From: Octopus sinensis
Taxonomy: Eukaryota
Direction of reading: 5' to 3'
Assembly: GCF_006345805.1 (NCBI RefSeq)
Contig: NW_021833724.1
Location: 1-55,362 of the forward strand
Length of the DNA: 55,362 nt
A program made the position numbers and the translations under genes. Every line of letters starts with the position of its first letter. The stretch's first letter is position 1. Shown here piece after piece: positions 23,681 through 36,586 of this stretch. A model generated the notes under the pieces. That model saw only the letters and a program-made list of their open reading frames with translations, had not been told where the DNA came from and did not search any database.

Positions 23681-24239
23681 AACTCTTCTCTCCCTCTCTC
23701 CCTCTTTCACTCTCCCTATCTCCCTCTTTCACTCTTTCTCTCTCATTCTATCTATCCATCTTTTTATCTATCTCATTTCTCTTGTTTCTACAATCTTTCG
23801 ATTTCTGCGCTCAGACAGACAGACAGAAAGACAGACAGACAGACAGGCAGGCAGGCAGACAGGCAGGCAGGCAGGCAGTCAGGCAGGCAGACAGATAGAT
23901 GCCTCAATGCCGTTTCTCGCAGTTGAACTAACTCCACAATCTACATTAATGGGTCAGGCATTTGCTGAAGGAATTAGAGATTAGGGTGTGTCACTTGCCT
24001 AACACAGCCTCTCTACTTACACAAAGACACGCATACACATACACATGCACATACGTATGTGTGTGTATATATACATATATATACATATATACATATGTGT
24101 ATGTATATATACATATATGTGTGTGTATGTGTGTTTATTTGTTTTTAAGACTAAACAATGCAATTTAGAAAAAGTAATCCAAGTCGATATTACTTTTTTA
24201 TTTTGTTGGGAGTCAGGTCACAACAGCAATTCTCCGAAG

Positions 24240-24279
24240 ATTTCCTGAAGAAGGGGTCCTAACCCCGAAATATTGAAAT
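24240..24279 (+). ncRNA. Minimal type I hammerhead ribozyme motif with an intact core and fully paired stems I and II
   Basis: ATTTC-CTGAAGA-A-GGGGT-CCTA-ACCCC-GAAAT-ATT-GAAAT: 5-bp stem I, 5-bp stem II, palindromic AATATT stem III, predicted cleavage after AUU (24274). Confidence 0.7.
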
Positions 24280-24369
24280 ACAAGATAAAAGCAGAAGCCA
24301 TCGACATGTATTATTTCTTATAACTTGCATTGCATTGCTTTTGGAAAAATCAATTCAAACAGACAAGCG

Positions 24370-24423
24370 CACATATATACGTATGTATGTATATGCATAC
24401 ATATATATATCTATGCGTATATA

Positions 24424-24475
<52 letters not shown>

Positions 24476-24702
24476 CATACATATATATGTATGTGTGTAT
24501 ATATATATATATGCGCACACATGCATACCAACGAAAAGTTGTCAACTTATCGCTTGCAGACATCATTCGAACCTGAAACCCACCTTTTGACTAACGCTAG
24601 AAATCAAAGATATGTGTAGATCGGGACGCTGATATTCATATATACATATATACATTCAAACAACTAAGACACACACATATTCAACCGTACGTATGTATAT
24701 GC

Positions 24703-24764
<62 letters not shown>

Positions 24765-24765
24765 G

Positions 24766-24798
<33 letters not shown>

Positions 24799-24820
24799 AT
24801 ATTATATATATATATATATG

Positions 24821-24909
<89 letters not shown>

Positions 24910-24970
24910 AACAAAAACGCAATAAAGGACATTAAAAAATTCGGACAGAAAGACGATACAAAGACTGACA

Positions 24971-25006
<36 letters not shown>

Positions 25007-25145
25007 CATACATACATAATTTCATACATACATGCATACACACATGTACGCGCATATGTATATATACATACAATGCATGGACATATGTTCATACATACAA
25101 ACATACATTACATATAATTATTCACACACACACACACACACACAC
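24370..25145. repeat. (TA)/(TACA) compound microsatellites
   Basis: Directly visible. Confidence 0.95.
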
Positions 25146-25359
25146 ACCTAATCCATATTAGAGAACAACTTGAGAATCTGGTATGGAATGTCAGTCTGCA
25201 AGATAACAAAATATTTTTTTTTTAAACCTAGAACCGGTGAAACAGGAGGAATGTTCGTTTCGTTTCCCCAACTTTACTTTGGTTTTATCTTCGAGAAAAT
25301 CTTTATTCCTGAGAGTGATCAAATCTTATCTAGGAATCAGAGTTTAAATTTACCTTTTA

Positions 25360-25437
<78 letters not shown>

Positions 25438-25989
25438 TGCTCTTAACCTTTGCTTTGCAGCATATAATTTTTCGTGCGTGTTTGTGTATTTGCGTTTATG
25501 GTGAGGTGGAGTAATGTATGCATACATTCATGTATGTATATGGATCCAAAATGCTAAAGGTTTTCTATTTAACATAACATTCCTGATGTCGTGAATAAAC
25601 ACTCTTTTCTTTCATTAATTTGACTTAATTTAATATTTAATTTAATTTAATTACGTATCACACTTATGTAACTATATATTCCTCAATGTTTATCTTGATG
25701 AAACAGCTGTTGAAGGCAATGAATACAATTACAGTATGTAATATATGGGAACTCTTTTACTTTTTGCTTTTATGCATTAATAGCTTGTGGCAGGAGTAGG
25801 TGTGGATGTGTGGGAAAGTGTGCGTCTGTGTGTGTGAGTGCATGTGTGTCTGTGTGTGTGAGTGCGTGTGTGTATATGTGTTTGGGTGGGTGTGGGCGTA
25901 CATGTATGTATATGTATATAGCTTTTCACATGTATGTATATATGTACTGCTTTATCAGAAATAGCAAATCTAGTTACACTTTACCAACT

Positions 25990-26480
25990 CCAATGAATGA
26001 AACAGATGTGCAAAAGGAATAACCACTGCTGAATACAAGACGTACGTTTTAAAAAGAAGCACTTTTAAACGATCTGAAATACAAAGGCTACTACGACTCT
26101 AACCATTAGAATAACGTTTGGTGCGTTTCATTATTGATTTTAAAGTTCCTGGTGTTGTTATTCTTTAATATCGAAATGTAATTGAACAATTTTGTATCAG
26201 AATATCATAACAGGTTTCTGAAGGTGTAAGTGTGTGAGTCCAATCGTAGTCTTAAAGTGTTTGTTGTCAACCCGATATAAAATGTAGATCTTGAATTATT
26301 AGTTTTAGATATTTTCACAAAATAAACAGTTGATTTCGAAAGATGTCGATTATTTAATGAAAAGCGTACGGGATTATGATAACACAAACGAGAAAGATTA
26401 AATGTCAATAACCATCTAAGATTTTTTAAATCTTTTCTATTTCTACTACCAAATTTTGTGAACATCTAACATTTAGTTTA
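25990..26480 (-). pseudogene. Penelope-like GIY-YIG fragment, degenerate
   Basis: STVYFVKI...FYIGLTTNTLRLRLDSHTYTFRN followed by TKLFNYISILKNNN (cf. YIG.T...fk.R...H...f / teLskyiw.lK). Confidence 0.7.
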
Positions 26481-27174
26481 ACATTTCCGGAAATATTTAA
26501 GGAAATAAAGGGGCTTACAGTGATACCTGTATGAATATCAAGACAAAACGGGACAATAAATCAAATGATTGTCAATTTCTGACTTTCTCGTAAACGAATA
26601 TCGAATATGAACTTTGTGGTTATATATATAATTCACATTATCGTTAAAACCACTTCATTTTAATGCTTTCTTATTATAAGTTAGGGAAAACTCTGTTAAG
26701 TAAAGCCATATCATATGGAATACTAGATAAGTGTGTACTAATACTTTTTGCTAAAATATTTTTAATCGTATGTGGGTGGCTTGAATCCATATACCTATAT
26801 GATGTATTGTAGGTCTTCATTTAGTTTCCCTAAATTGATAATAGCATTGGTTCCTAAATTGAAAGCAATATAAAGGAATATAGAAAATTTCTAGAAATGG
26901 TAATGTTTTAAGTGTAAACCTTTAAATGACTCAGAGAATTATTTTCTTCCGAACGATTGGATATTTATATTATGTAAACATTGAATAACCTTGTACAATA
27001 CTGTTTGGATGTGTATGTATGTGCTTGTGTATGTAGTGGGGGCGTGTATGTATATATATATATGTATATATAATATTTTACTGAATATCTCAGCCGTCAC
27101 CGATTGAATATCTCTTAGAACATCCGTTGTACAATAAATAATAATATTAACATAGAACAGGATCAAACCCGCAG

Positions 27175-27325
27175 CTGTCGCTGGTGCTTATTTAAAGACG
27201 GTTGAGCTGAACCAACCCATAATGAAGTGCTTTGTTTAGGAGAACAACGTGCCGCCCGGTTCAAGAATCGAACACACGATTTAACAAACATGAGCCCAAC
27301 ATTTAACCACGACGAGGCCATGTGT
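27175..27325 (-). mobile_element. SINE-C, highly diverged
   Basis: AATGAAGTGCTTTG...AAGAATCGAACACACGAT...TTTAACCAC parallels 8830-8925. Confidence 0.5.
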
Positions 27326-27504
27326 CTTCACATGTGCATATGTGAAAGTATATACGCATATAAGTGTTTATATATATATGTATGTGTGTGCGTGCGTCTA
27401 ATGTGTGAGTGTGTGTGTGTGAGAGAGAGAGAGAGGGGGAGAGAGACAGAGACAGAGAATGATGAAAGTAGAGAGAGGAAGATAGCATAAATTAGTTAAT
27501 GATA

Positions 27505-27574
27505 CAGTGGTGGTAGTGCTGGTGCTGGTGCTGGTGGTGCTGGTGGTGGTTGTGGTGGTGGTGGTGGTGGTGGT

Positions 27575-27609
<35 letters not shown>

Positions 27610-27665
27610 TTGTGGTGGTAGTGGGAGTGTGGGTGATTATGGTGGTGGTGGGTGCGATGATGGGG
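27505..27665. repeat. (GGT)/(GGC)n microsatellite
   Basis: Directly visible. Confidence 0.95.
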
Positions 27666-27927
27666 AGGGCAGAGATGTCAAAGGTCACCAACTTTGGTGG
27701 TCTTCTTGATAACGTTACAGTGACACGATCTTGGTCGGTATTTAATGCACTTCCCGACGTGGTGGCCACAATAGGGGGCGGGATATAGTGACCACACAAC
27801 TGATAATGTCATTGTGTTTATTGGAGCCAGGCCATTGTCAATATGTGGTTATGTATATGTGTATGCGTGTGCATGTGTGTGTGCGCGCGTATGTGTACGT
27901 GTATGTATGTGTGTGTGTGTATTATAC

Positions 27928-28115
27928 TTGGTTCAGTCATTGGACTGCGGCCATACTGGGGTATCACATTGAATAGTTCAGTCGAGCAAATCGATCGCGG
28001 TACTTAATTGTTAAAGCCTGGTACTTATTCAGTCGGTTTTGTCGAACCGCTAAGTCAGCAAATCATCGTTTGTCAAGCAACGGAGGTGGAGAACAAACAT
28101 AGACAAACGCAAAAA
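27928..28115 (-). mobile_element. SINE-A 3' half, diverged
   Basis: TTCAGTCATTGGACTGCGGCCAT...GTCGAGCAAATCGA...TTGTCAAGC. Confidence 0.75.
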
Positions 28116-28143
28116 CACAGACACTGTGTGTGTGTATTTATAA

Positions 28144-28218
<75 letters not shown>

Positions 28219-28454
28219 ACATGCGTTCGTTCGTTTTACGTCCGTTCTTCTTTACTGACATGGGTCAGACAACATATAAAGATTATTTTGTCCACAGCCC
28301 CTCCTCTCTATTTGCCCGTTTTGCTTCGTTTTATTTTGTTTTTATCTTTGTTTCCATTAAAGAATTCCTTCTTCCCTCGCATCTTCACCGTGTTTACAGG
28401 CAAAGCACAGAATGTCAGCATGTACACACATTCACACGTATTTAGTTCTATTAT

Positions 28455-28580
28455 TTGACGGATGGACGGACGGATCGGATGGATGGATGGATGGATGGAT
28501 GGATGGATGGATGGATGGATGGGTGGATGGATGGATGGATGGATGGATGGATGGATGGATGGATGGATGGATGGATGGGT
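28455..28580. repeat. (GATG)n microsatellite
   Basis: Directly visible. Confidence 0.97.
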
Positions 28581-29389
28581 GGCCGGAGAGGAGGAGTGTA
28601 ATGACCTGTCCGGTGCGATATGACCTTTCCTAAATCCAGATAACTGCCTTCACCCAAAAGTGACACTCACTCTCCATTGTTGATATCCAGTTGCACCAGA
28701 ATCGTGGATTATGATGGTGGGGTTAGGGCGAGGATTAGTTTGGCTCTGGGGTAACTAGTGGGTGGGGTGAAGTTGGAGGTGGTGGTAGTGTGAAAGGGTG
28801 AAGGAGGAGTGAAGGTGGAAGGATGGTGTGGGACAGGGGTTGAGGTGATGGTGAGAGTAGGGGTGATAGCGATGGTGGTAGTGGTAGTGATTATAATAGT
28901 AGTGGCCGTTGTTGTTGTTGTTGTGGTGGTGGTGGTGGTGGTGGTGGTGTGGTGACTTACACCCACCCCCTCAACACATATTTCAGCCACACTTCAGATG
29001 CTGTATACCAGGCATCACCGGTTGAATATCTCTAAGAACATCTGTCGTCCAATAAATAACGTTATTAAGTATATCTTTAACTTATAGGCCGTCCGGCCGG
29101 TTGTATAGTCAGCTTATCTGTTCCTCTACAACACTTATGTCAGTTGTATAGCCGAAGAAACACTGGCGATTGTGCTCGCGTTTCCTGTCGAAAGCCGGCG
29201 AAGGGTTGGAAACCGAGATGGCTTTGTTCAGCGGAATTGTCTAGGTTGAACGGATTAGAGGTGACGCCCATACAAACACGCACACACACACACACACATA
29301 CATACATACATTTTACACACACACACATGTGTATGCACACACACACGCATATATGTATATATGTGTGTGTGTATGTGCGTGTGTGTGTG

Positions 29390-29672
29390 AAGGCGTGTGG
29401 CTTAGTGGTTAGGGCATTCAGCTCACGATTGTAAGGTTGTGAGTTCAATTCCCGGCGATGCATTGTATCCTTGAGCAAGACACTTCATTTCACGTTGCTC
29501 CACTCCACTCAGCTGGCAAAAATGAGTAGCACCTGTGTTTCAAAGGACCAGCCTTGTCCCATTCAGTGTCAATCTGCATCACCCCGATAACTACGTTAGG
29601 GGTACTCGTGTCTGTGGAGTGCTCGACCACTTGCACGTCAATTTCACGAGCAAGCTGTTCCATTGATCGGAT
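29390..29672 (+). mobile_element. SINE-C, tail type 2
   Basis: A-box TGGCTTAGTGG, B-box GAGTTCAATTCC; the core is shared with 8690-8926 but the 3' part differs. Confidence 0.85.
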
Positions 29673-29987
29673 TTATTTAATCGACCCCGAAAGGATGAAA
29701 GGCAAAATCGATCTCGGCGGAATTTGAACTCAGAACATAACAGCAGACAAAATACTTATTTCTTTACTATCCACAAGGGGTTAAACACAGAGAGGACAAA
29801 TAAGGACAAACAAACGGATTAATTCGATTACATCGACCCCAGTGCGTAACTGGTACTTAATTTTTCGACCCCGAAAGGATGAAAGGCAAAGTCGACCTCG
29901 GCGGAATTTGAACTCAGAACGTAACGGCAGACGAAATACGGCTACGCATTTCGCCCGGCGTGATAACGTTTCTGCCAGCTCGCCGCT
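29673..29987 (-). mobile_element. SINE-B dimer (full unit plus partial second unit), 184-nt period
   Basis: TCGACCCCGA at 29681 and 29865; the same junction as at 8340 appears in reverse complement near 29745-29770. Confidence 0.9.
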
Positions 29988-30456
29988 TTGTATACATAGA
30001 TATAAATCACAAAAATACAATAAGTTCACAAAGCACAGAGGAGACAAACAAATAAATGATATACGAAACAATTGACTCAAAAGGCGTAGAAGAAATATGA
30101 AATGAAACAATAACAATGGAAGAATGTGTACAATGAAAAGATATACAGCAAAGGAAGAAACAGAAAAGGATTTAACGTTTCGAGTAAAAAAAAGCTGAAA
30201 CCGAATTTATTGAATGTTTATATGGCAGGCCTAGGGCCAATATATGTGTATGTGTGTGTATGAGAGTATCTCTCTCTCTCTCCCTCTCTGTCTCTCTCTC
30301 TCTGTCTCTCTCACTCTCCTTCTCTCTCTCTCTCCCTCTCTGCCTCTCTCTCTCTTTCACTCTCTCTCTATATATATATGTATATTAAGAGAGGGACACA
30401 GAGAGAAAGAGGTAGAAGCAAGAAGGAAAGAGAGGGATGGGAAAAGTGGTTGTGTA

Positions 30457-30493
<37 letters not shown>

Positions 30494-30679
30494 ATGTGTG
30501 TGTCTATGTGCGCGCGCACGTGCGTGTACGTGTGTGTGCGTGCATATCTACATTCTTTGAGATCAGCAGATATCTTTTTAGCGGAAGTCAAATCAAAAAA
30601 ATGATGATGATGGTGGTGGTGGTAGTGATGATGATGATGATGATGGAATAAAGAATAAACTAAGCTGCGAAAGACAATA

Positions 30680-30890
<211 letters not shown>

Positions 30891-31329
30891 TGAATGTTGA
30901 AAAGACAAGTAAAAACTCTTAAGGGAATGATGTTGGTTGAACGAGATTATCGTTGAAGCGAGACTGAGGAAGTAAGGGCATGGCGGGAGAGGATTAGGAA
31001 GTCTCAGACAGAAAAAAAAAAGGAAGAAAGATAACAAAAGACAATAAGAAGAGAAATTTAAAGAATTCTGCTGCGATATCGTGAAAAATAAAGAAGAGAT
31101 GTTGGTGATAACAGAATGTATGCAGGGGGTGGGGTGGAAGGGAGGGGGGAGAAAGGAAATTCAGAAATAACAGGGGGGGTCGGGGGTTGAGAGAGAAAAT
31201 AGTAGCCAAAAAACGGTAGTAGTAGTAGTAGTAGTAGTAGTAGTTGTTGTTGATATTGTTGATATTGTTGATGCTGTAGTTCTTGCAGTTGTTGTTGTTG
31301 TTCCTGCACACATGCGCAGAAATCCTTCA

Positions 31330-31620
31330 AGTGGTCCTCGCTGCCCCAAATGTCCCCACCTCAATTTCCGGTCCCGCAACGCCAGTCTCTCATTGTTTTG
31401 TTTTCGTTTTGGTTTTTCCTGCTTGCTCTCTGAAGAACAACTCTGGAAACGTCTGAATGGTTTTCGGTGGTCTTGCATCTTCGCACTGACTCTCTTCCAC
31501 CATTCTCTCGTCTCCTCTGCACATTGTCCCCACCTGTCCACATCGCACTACAAACGGCAGATTAGCCTGGAATCGGTAACACTGCCAGTTCTGCCGCCAT
31601 CCTAAGTATTCTCGCACGAA
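31330..31620 (-). pseudogene. Possible RTE-clade RT C-terminal remnant
   Basis: KTIQTF and RDRKLRWGHL (cf. RRRrlrW.GHv); shares the TGGD..QR...NHSDV off-frame pattern with 44240-44570. Confidence 0.4.
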
Positions 31621-31666
31621 TCTACGGGAAGCTCTAGGTAGAGCACCATCTCTGCTTACAACCTCA

Positions 31667-31754
<88 letters not shown>

Positions 31755-32206
31755 ATAATCCCAGTCGAAGCTTTAAAAATTGCAAAGGAGATCGCCCCGT
31801 CCTCGATCCTTAAAGCTGATGGGGCCGAATGGCACCGACCCAATCAAACGACGGCGTCCTCTTGCGTCGTTAGGAAAGAGACCGATGAGAAGGACAGGAG
31901 CGAATGAGTGAACCAAAGCAGAACTGAAGACACTGGCGGGGGGGGGGAATGGAATCTGACATTACAGAAGTATAAAGGGGAAAAAGCCAAAGAGTGTTTT
32001 GATTTGACAATTCAGCAGAAGGACTCTAAATTGATTGGTTGAGTGACTGCGAATTGGGGGCAACGATACCAGAATCACCTGCACGACTTCGATAAAGGCT
32101 AAGCTACAGATCAGAGAAGTATTCTTCAGACCATGGCAAACCATTCAAGTCCCAACCAACAAAAAACAAGAATTAGAAAGAATTATTCTTAATATTTAGA
32201 GGAATA

Positions 32207-32612
32207 TAAGGCGGCGAGCTGGCAGAAACGTTAGCACGCAGGGCGAAATGCGTAGCCGTATTTCGTTTGCCGTTACGTTCTGAGTTCAAATTCCGCCGAG
32301 GTCGACTTTGCCTTTCATCCTTTCGGGGTCGATTAAATAAGTACCAGTTACGCACTGGGGTCGATATAATCGACTTAATCCGTTTGTTTGTCCTTGTTTG
32401 TCCTCTCTGTTTTTATCCCCTTGTGGATAGTAAAGAAATAGGTATTTCGTCTGTCTTTACGCTCTGATTTCAAATGTCACAGGGTTAGACTTTGCCTTTC
32501 AAACTTTCGGAGCTCGATAAAATATGTACCAGTTGCCCACTGTGATCGATGTAATCGATTTAAACATCCACCCCACCTCGAAATTAATGGCCTTGTGCCA
32601 AAATTTGAAACC
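32207..32612 (+). mobile_element. SINE-B dimer: a well-conserved B unit plus a diverged unit with the B' tail, 184-nt period
   Basis: TGAGTTCAAA at 32281 and TGATTTCAAA at 32465; possible TSD AATATTT(A/C)GAGGA at 32191-32203 and 32613-32625. Confidence 0.88.
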
Positions 32613-34444
32613 AATATTTCGAGGAGTCGATGGCAGAAGGCACAGAGTGACACTGGTACGTTGCTAGTTCAAATCCGCTGTAATTTGATTTTGTTCTTTC
32701 ATTCCTCCAGGGTCCGCATCCGCCTCCCCCTTCAACTCCCTTACAAAATGGCAGCATTGTCTGGATGTCAGATCTCATTATATCGTTTACATATGGGTGA
32801 AGGCAGAGGAGAGGGAAAGGAAGAGGAAGGAGAAAGGAGAAAGGGATAAAAGAAAGAAGAAGGAAGAGAAGAATGAAGACGAAGAAGAAGAAGAAGAAGA
32901 AGAAGAAGAAGAGGAGGGAGAAGAAAAAGAAAGAGAAGAAAGAGAAAGAAGTGAAGGATTGATGGCTTTTGTTTGTTTTTTTTTTGGTTTTTGGTTTCGT
33001 TTTACATGAAAAAATGAGAGGAAGAAATATTTTTAAAAACCACGGGAAATACCAATAGAAACGGAAGTGGCTGGTTGTTTGTGATTTATGGTTAGAAAAC
33101 CGAACAGCTGGGTCGATGGCTCGAACCCATGTGTCACACGCAATTAAATAACTTATCTTACTTTTACAAAACCATCCAACAACCTATTCTGCCGGAAGTT
33201 CATATTTCCCTTATCTTCTTCATCTGGTTGGCTGTGTGTGTGGCAGTCTGTCTGTGTGTCTGCCGGTCCTATATGTCTGCCCGTCTGCCTGTCTGCCCGT
33301 CTGTCTGTCTGCCTTGGTGCGGTTTACTCTTTTTATTCTTGAAAGCCATAAAAATTTAAAACGCACGCATATTCACATATGCGTGTGTTTTATGAACTAT
33401 TTTGTATAAATGTCTCTACAAAAAGTTAACGTCTGGTCCCAATAACAAACTCTTCCTGGTGCCTTCCCATTATGTAGCTTTCCCATAGAATCGGTGAAAG
33501 TTTTGTTTAACGATGAAAGTCTTTACTTTCGCTCCAGATCTTTGACGCTTTTCAAAACAAAAATCATGTTATCCCCTTTGGGAAGCTGGAGAAATATTAA
33601 ATTACGAATTAAAACCAGTTCTAGCAATGTAAATATAGTCGATTGCACATACGTAGTGTATTTTTTTAATTTATGCACCGAATAACCTACGAGGTAGCGT
33701 CTGGGGAAAGCTCTCTACAGGATGCCGGGTGTTGAAGAACACCTAAATGCCACAGACCAGGTGAGGCAACTCACTTTGGAATCCCAAGAATGGTAGAAAT
33801 CGATATTTCGCCAATGCTGTGACGTATCAATAGCATGTACTCGGATCACCTCGAAATGAAGGGATTCGCTGGTCTATGATTTTTATACGCAAATAAACAC
33901 TATTGATGAGAGATCGATACCGAAAGAATATATTCACAAACTTTGGTTGTTAAATTGTTCTTCAGTTGTAAATATTTTATAGTTGTCTTCTTCAGTTGCA
34001 GGAGACACCGATCCGAGTTGCGTGACGATGGAGCTGCCGGTGTCTGTTTGTTTACACTCTTGTCATTTTGGTTGGGAAAGACGACTAGCGTCACTGGAAT
34101 CGCTTTATCGATTCCTCTTTGTAAGAGCCTTGTGTCCCGGGTGGAATGATGATTGTAGCTGCCCCTGTTTAACTCTGAAATGAGTAAGGTTCGTCCCAGT
34201 ACTTTTGTAGCCGCTTCATGGAACCGACCGAAGGATCTTCTCAGCCTTCTTCATAGCAACAACAACAACAACAGAAAGAAAGGGTAAATTGAATGACTTG
34301 ATCAGAGAAATGCTATAACTGAATGAAATTTGTGGTGACCAGATGTGGAGCGCCTTTTACTACAAGTCAGTTTGCTTGGAGCTGATCTGGAGTTAGACAA
34401 CAGCAAGAGGGGAATAAACATTCAATAATGTTGAAACATTATTG

Positions 34445-35235
34445 AAACATGGGCTGTGACAGCCGAGGACATGTGCAGGCTTGAGAGAAATGAAGCCAGT
34501 ATGCTTTGCTGGATGTGCAATGTCAAGGGTGCATGTTTGACAGAGTGTAAGCATCTTTAGAGAAAAGTTAGGCATAAGAGGCTTCAGATGTGGTGTGCAA
34601 GGGAGACGACTGCGCTGGTATGGTCATGTGATGCGTATGGATGAGGAGAGCTGTTTAAAGAAGTGCTGATCTCTAACTGAGGAGGGAACCTGAGGTAGAG
34701 GTAGACTCAAGAAGACATAGGATGAGGTGGTGAAGCATGATCTTCGAACTTTGAGCCTCACACATGCGATGACAAGTGACTGAGACCTTTGGCGATGTGC
34801 TGTGCTTGAGAAGAGCCGTCAAGCCAAGTGCACCCGGGCTGGTGACATGTAAAGAACACCCTTCGAGCGTTTGGCCTCACGGGGACAAATTGGCTGAATT
34901 CGTTGCGAGTGTTGAGCCTCATGGAGGCAAGGACCGAGACCTTTGGCATTATGTTGTGCTTCAGAAGACCTATTAAGCCGAGCAAAATTGCAGCCGTGGC
35001 AGATACCGGTGTCACGCAAATTGGCAACCGTGCCGGTAGCACGTAAAAGCACCCGTTACACTCTCGGAGTGGTTGGCATTAGGAAGGGCATTCAGTTGTA
35101 GAAAACCATGCCAAATCAGACTGGATCCTGGTGCAGCCTTCCAATGTGCCAGCCTGGTCAGACCGTCCAATCCATGCCAGCATGGACAAGAGACGTTAAA
35201 ACGATGATGAGGTTGATGATGATGATGATGATGCT
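34445..35235 (+). mobile_element. RTE-clade LINE 3' end (RT C-terminus, 3' UTR, (GAT)n tail)
   Basis: ETWAVTAEDMCRLERNEASML, RRLRWYGHVMRMDE and GRGRLKKT*DEVVKHDL, then GGAGTGGTTGGCATTAGGAAGGGCAT and a (GAT)n tail. Confidence 0.88.
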
Positions 35236-36157
35236 GAATGTTAGCCCAGATACACTGTATCTGAACAAAAGTTGGGATGATCACAGCTGGAATGGCTTTG
35301 ATCATGAGTTTGCCCGTTCAAGACTGACTTGGGGACACACAACCATGAGGAGTGAGTCACTGGGTGTGAATTACCTCTCAACACTAGAAGTGCCAACACA
35401 CTTTCAGTGCAATGCCTAAAATAAGGGTGGCGGGGTTAGTGCTGATACTCCGCCCCCCACGAAGGAGGAATGGGTGCTGAGACAACTTCTCCATTACAAA
35501 CACACCACGCCAAAGACAACCCCTTTATAATAAAAGACTATTATGATTGTTACTATTCCACCCCCACCCACCCCCACCCCTTGCCGACGCCACCAATAAA
35601 TTGACTCTGATTCTCCAAATGATATCTTTGCGCAGATTCTCTAAATTGGATATTTTGGCAACAATGAAAGATTTGTTGAATTTCTCTTTCAGATCCCGTT
35701 GTTGTTGTTGTTGTTGTTCTTGGTGTTGTTTTTGTTTATCGTTAAAGAATTTTGTGTGTGTGTATATGCGTGTGTGTTCTTGTGAATGTGTATAGATGCA
35801 TATAATTGTGTAATTTTTTTTGTGTTTATGCATTTATAAATGCACACAAACATACATACATGTGTGTATAAAGTAAGTATATGTGTATATATAAACGTAT
35901 TCATTTATGCGTATATTGTATACATATATATAGGTATTTGTGTGTATATTATATATATATATATATATACATACATGTGCGTGTATGAAAGACAGTTTCC
36001 GTGAACCAAATTATTCGCAAGATATTGATCTGTCTGAGGCAATAGTAATAGATACTTGCTCAAGGGTCATGCAATAGGACTGAACTTCAGTCCACGTGGT
36101 TATGGAGTGAATTTCCTGACTACGCCCACAAACCCACACACACACACACACACACAC

Positions 36158-36523
36158 AGGATGATATCCTCCACATTGGTATAGCAGAGGCAACGTTTTT
36201 AAAATCACAACGTGGAGGTTTGACGGTATCTTTGTCCCTCTTATCTATCAGGTATTTAGTAGCTGTCCCCTGGTCCTAGATAGCGAAGGTAAATCCTTCT
36301 TGGTGGGAGGTCATGTATTTATCGTAAGTCCAGAGGAAACTGGTCTTCTTGTCGATGGTGTTGTTCCCTCCTAGCTTATAGGATACGTACCCATGCATTG
36401 CTTTTGTATGACGCTTGCTTCTGTTTCAGTAGGCCAGTCCAGCTTCCTTTGGGTCGCGTCAGACAGTTGTACTCTCCGAGAACCTGTTCAGTAGTTCTTC
36501 AGCTCTGAAGATGTGGTCGCTCT

Positions 36524-36586
<63 letters not shown>

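Noticed and set aside
29390-29455. tRNA-like sequences with A and B boxes (also 737-800, 5670-5738, 32207-32295)
   Set aside because: They are SINE heads continuing into repeat bodies. I could not fold complete cloverleafs, so they are not called tRNA genes.
31430-31460. CTGAAGA...GAAACGTC hammerhead-like string
   Set aside because: Stem II is only 2 bp, stem I does not pair, and it lies antisense within a probable RTE remnant. Likely chance.
33983-34190. Apparent exon (TTGCAG acceptor...GTAAG donor) with a Cys-containing ORF
   Set aside because: The frame stops before the donor and I recognise no protein. The opposite strand weakly resembles the N-terminal region of R4-like ORFs (MKRLQKYWDE), but too weakly to annotate.
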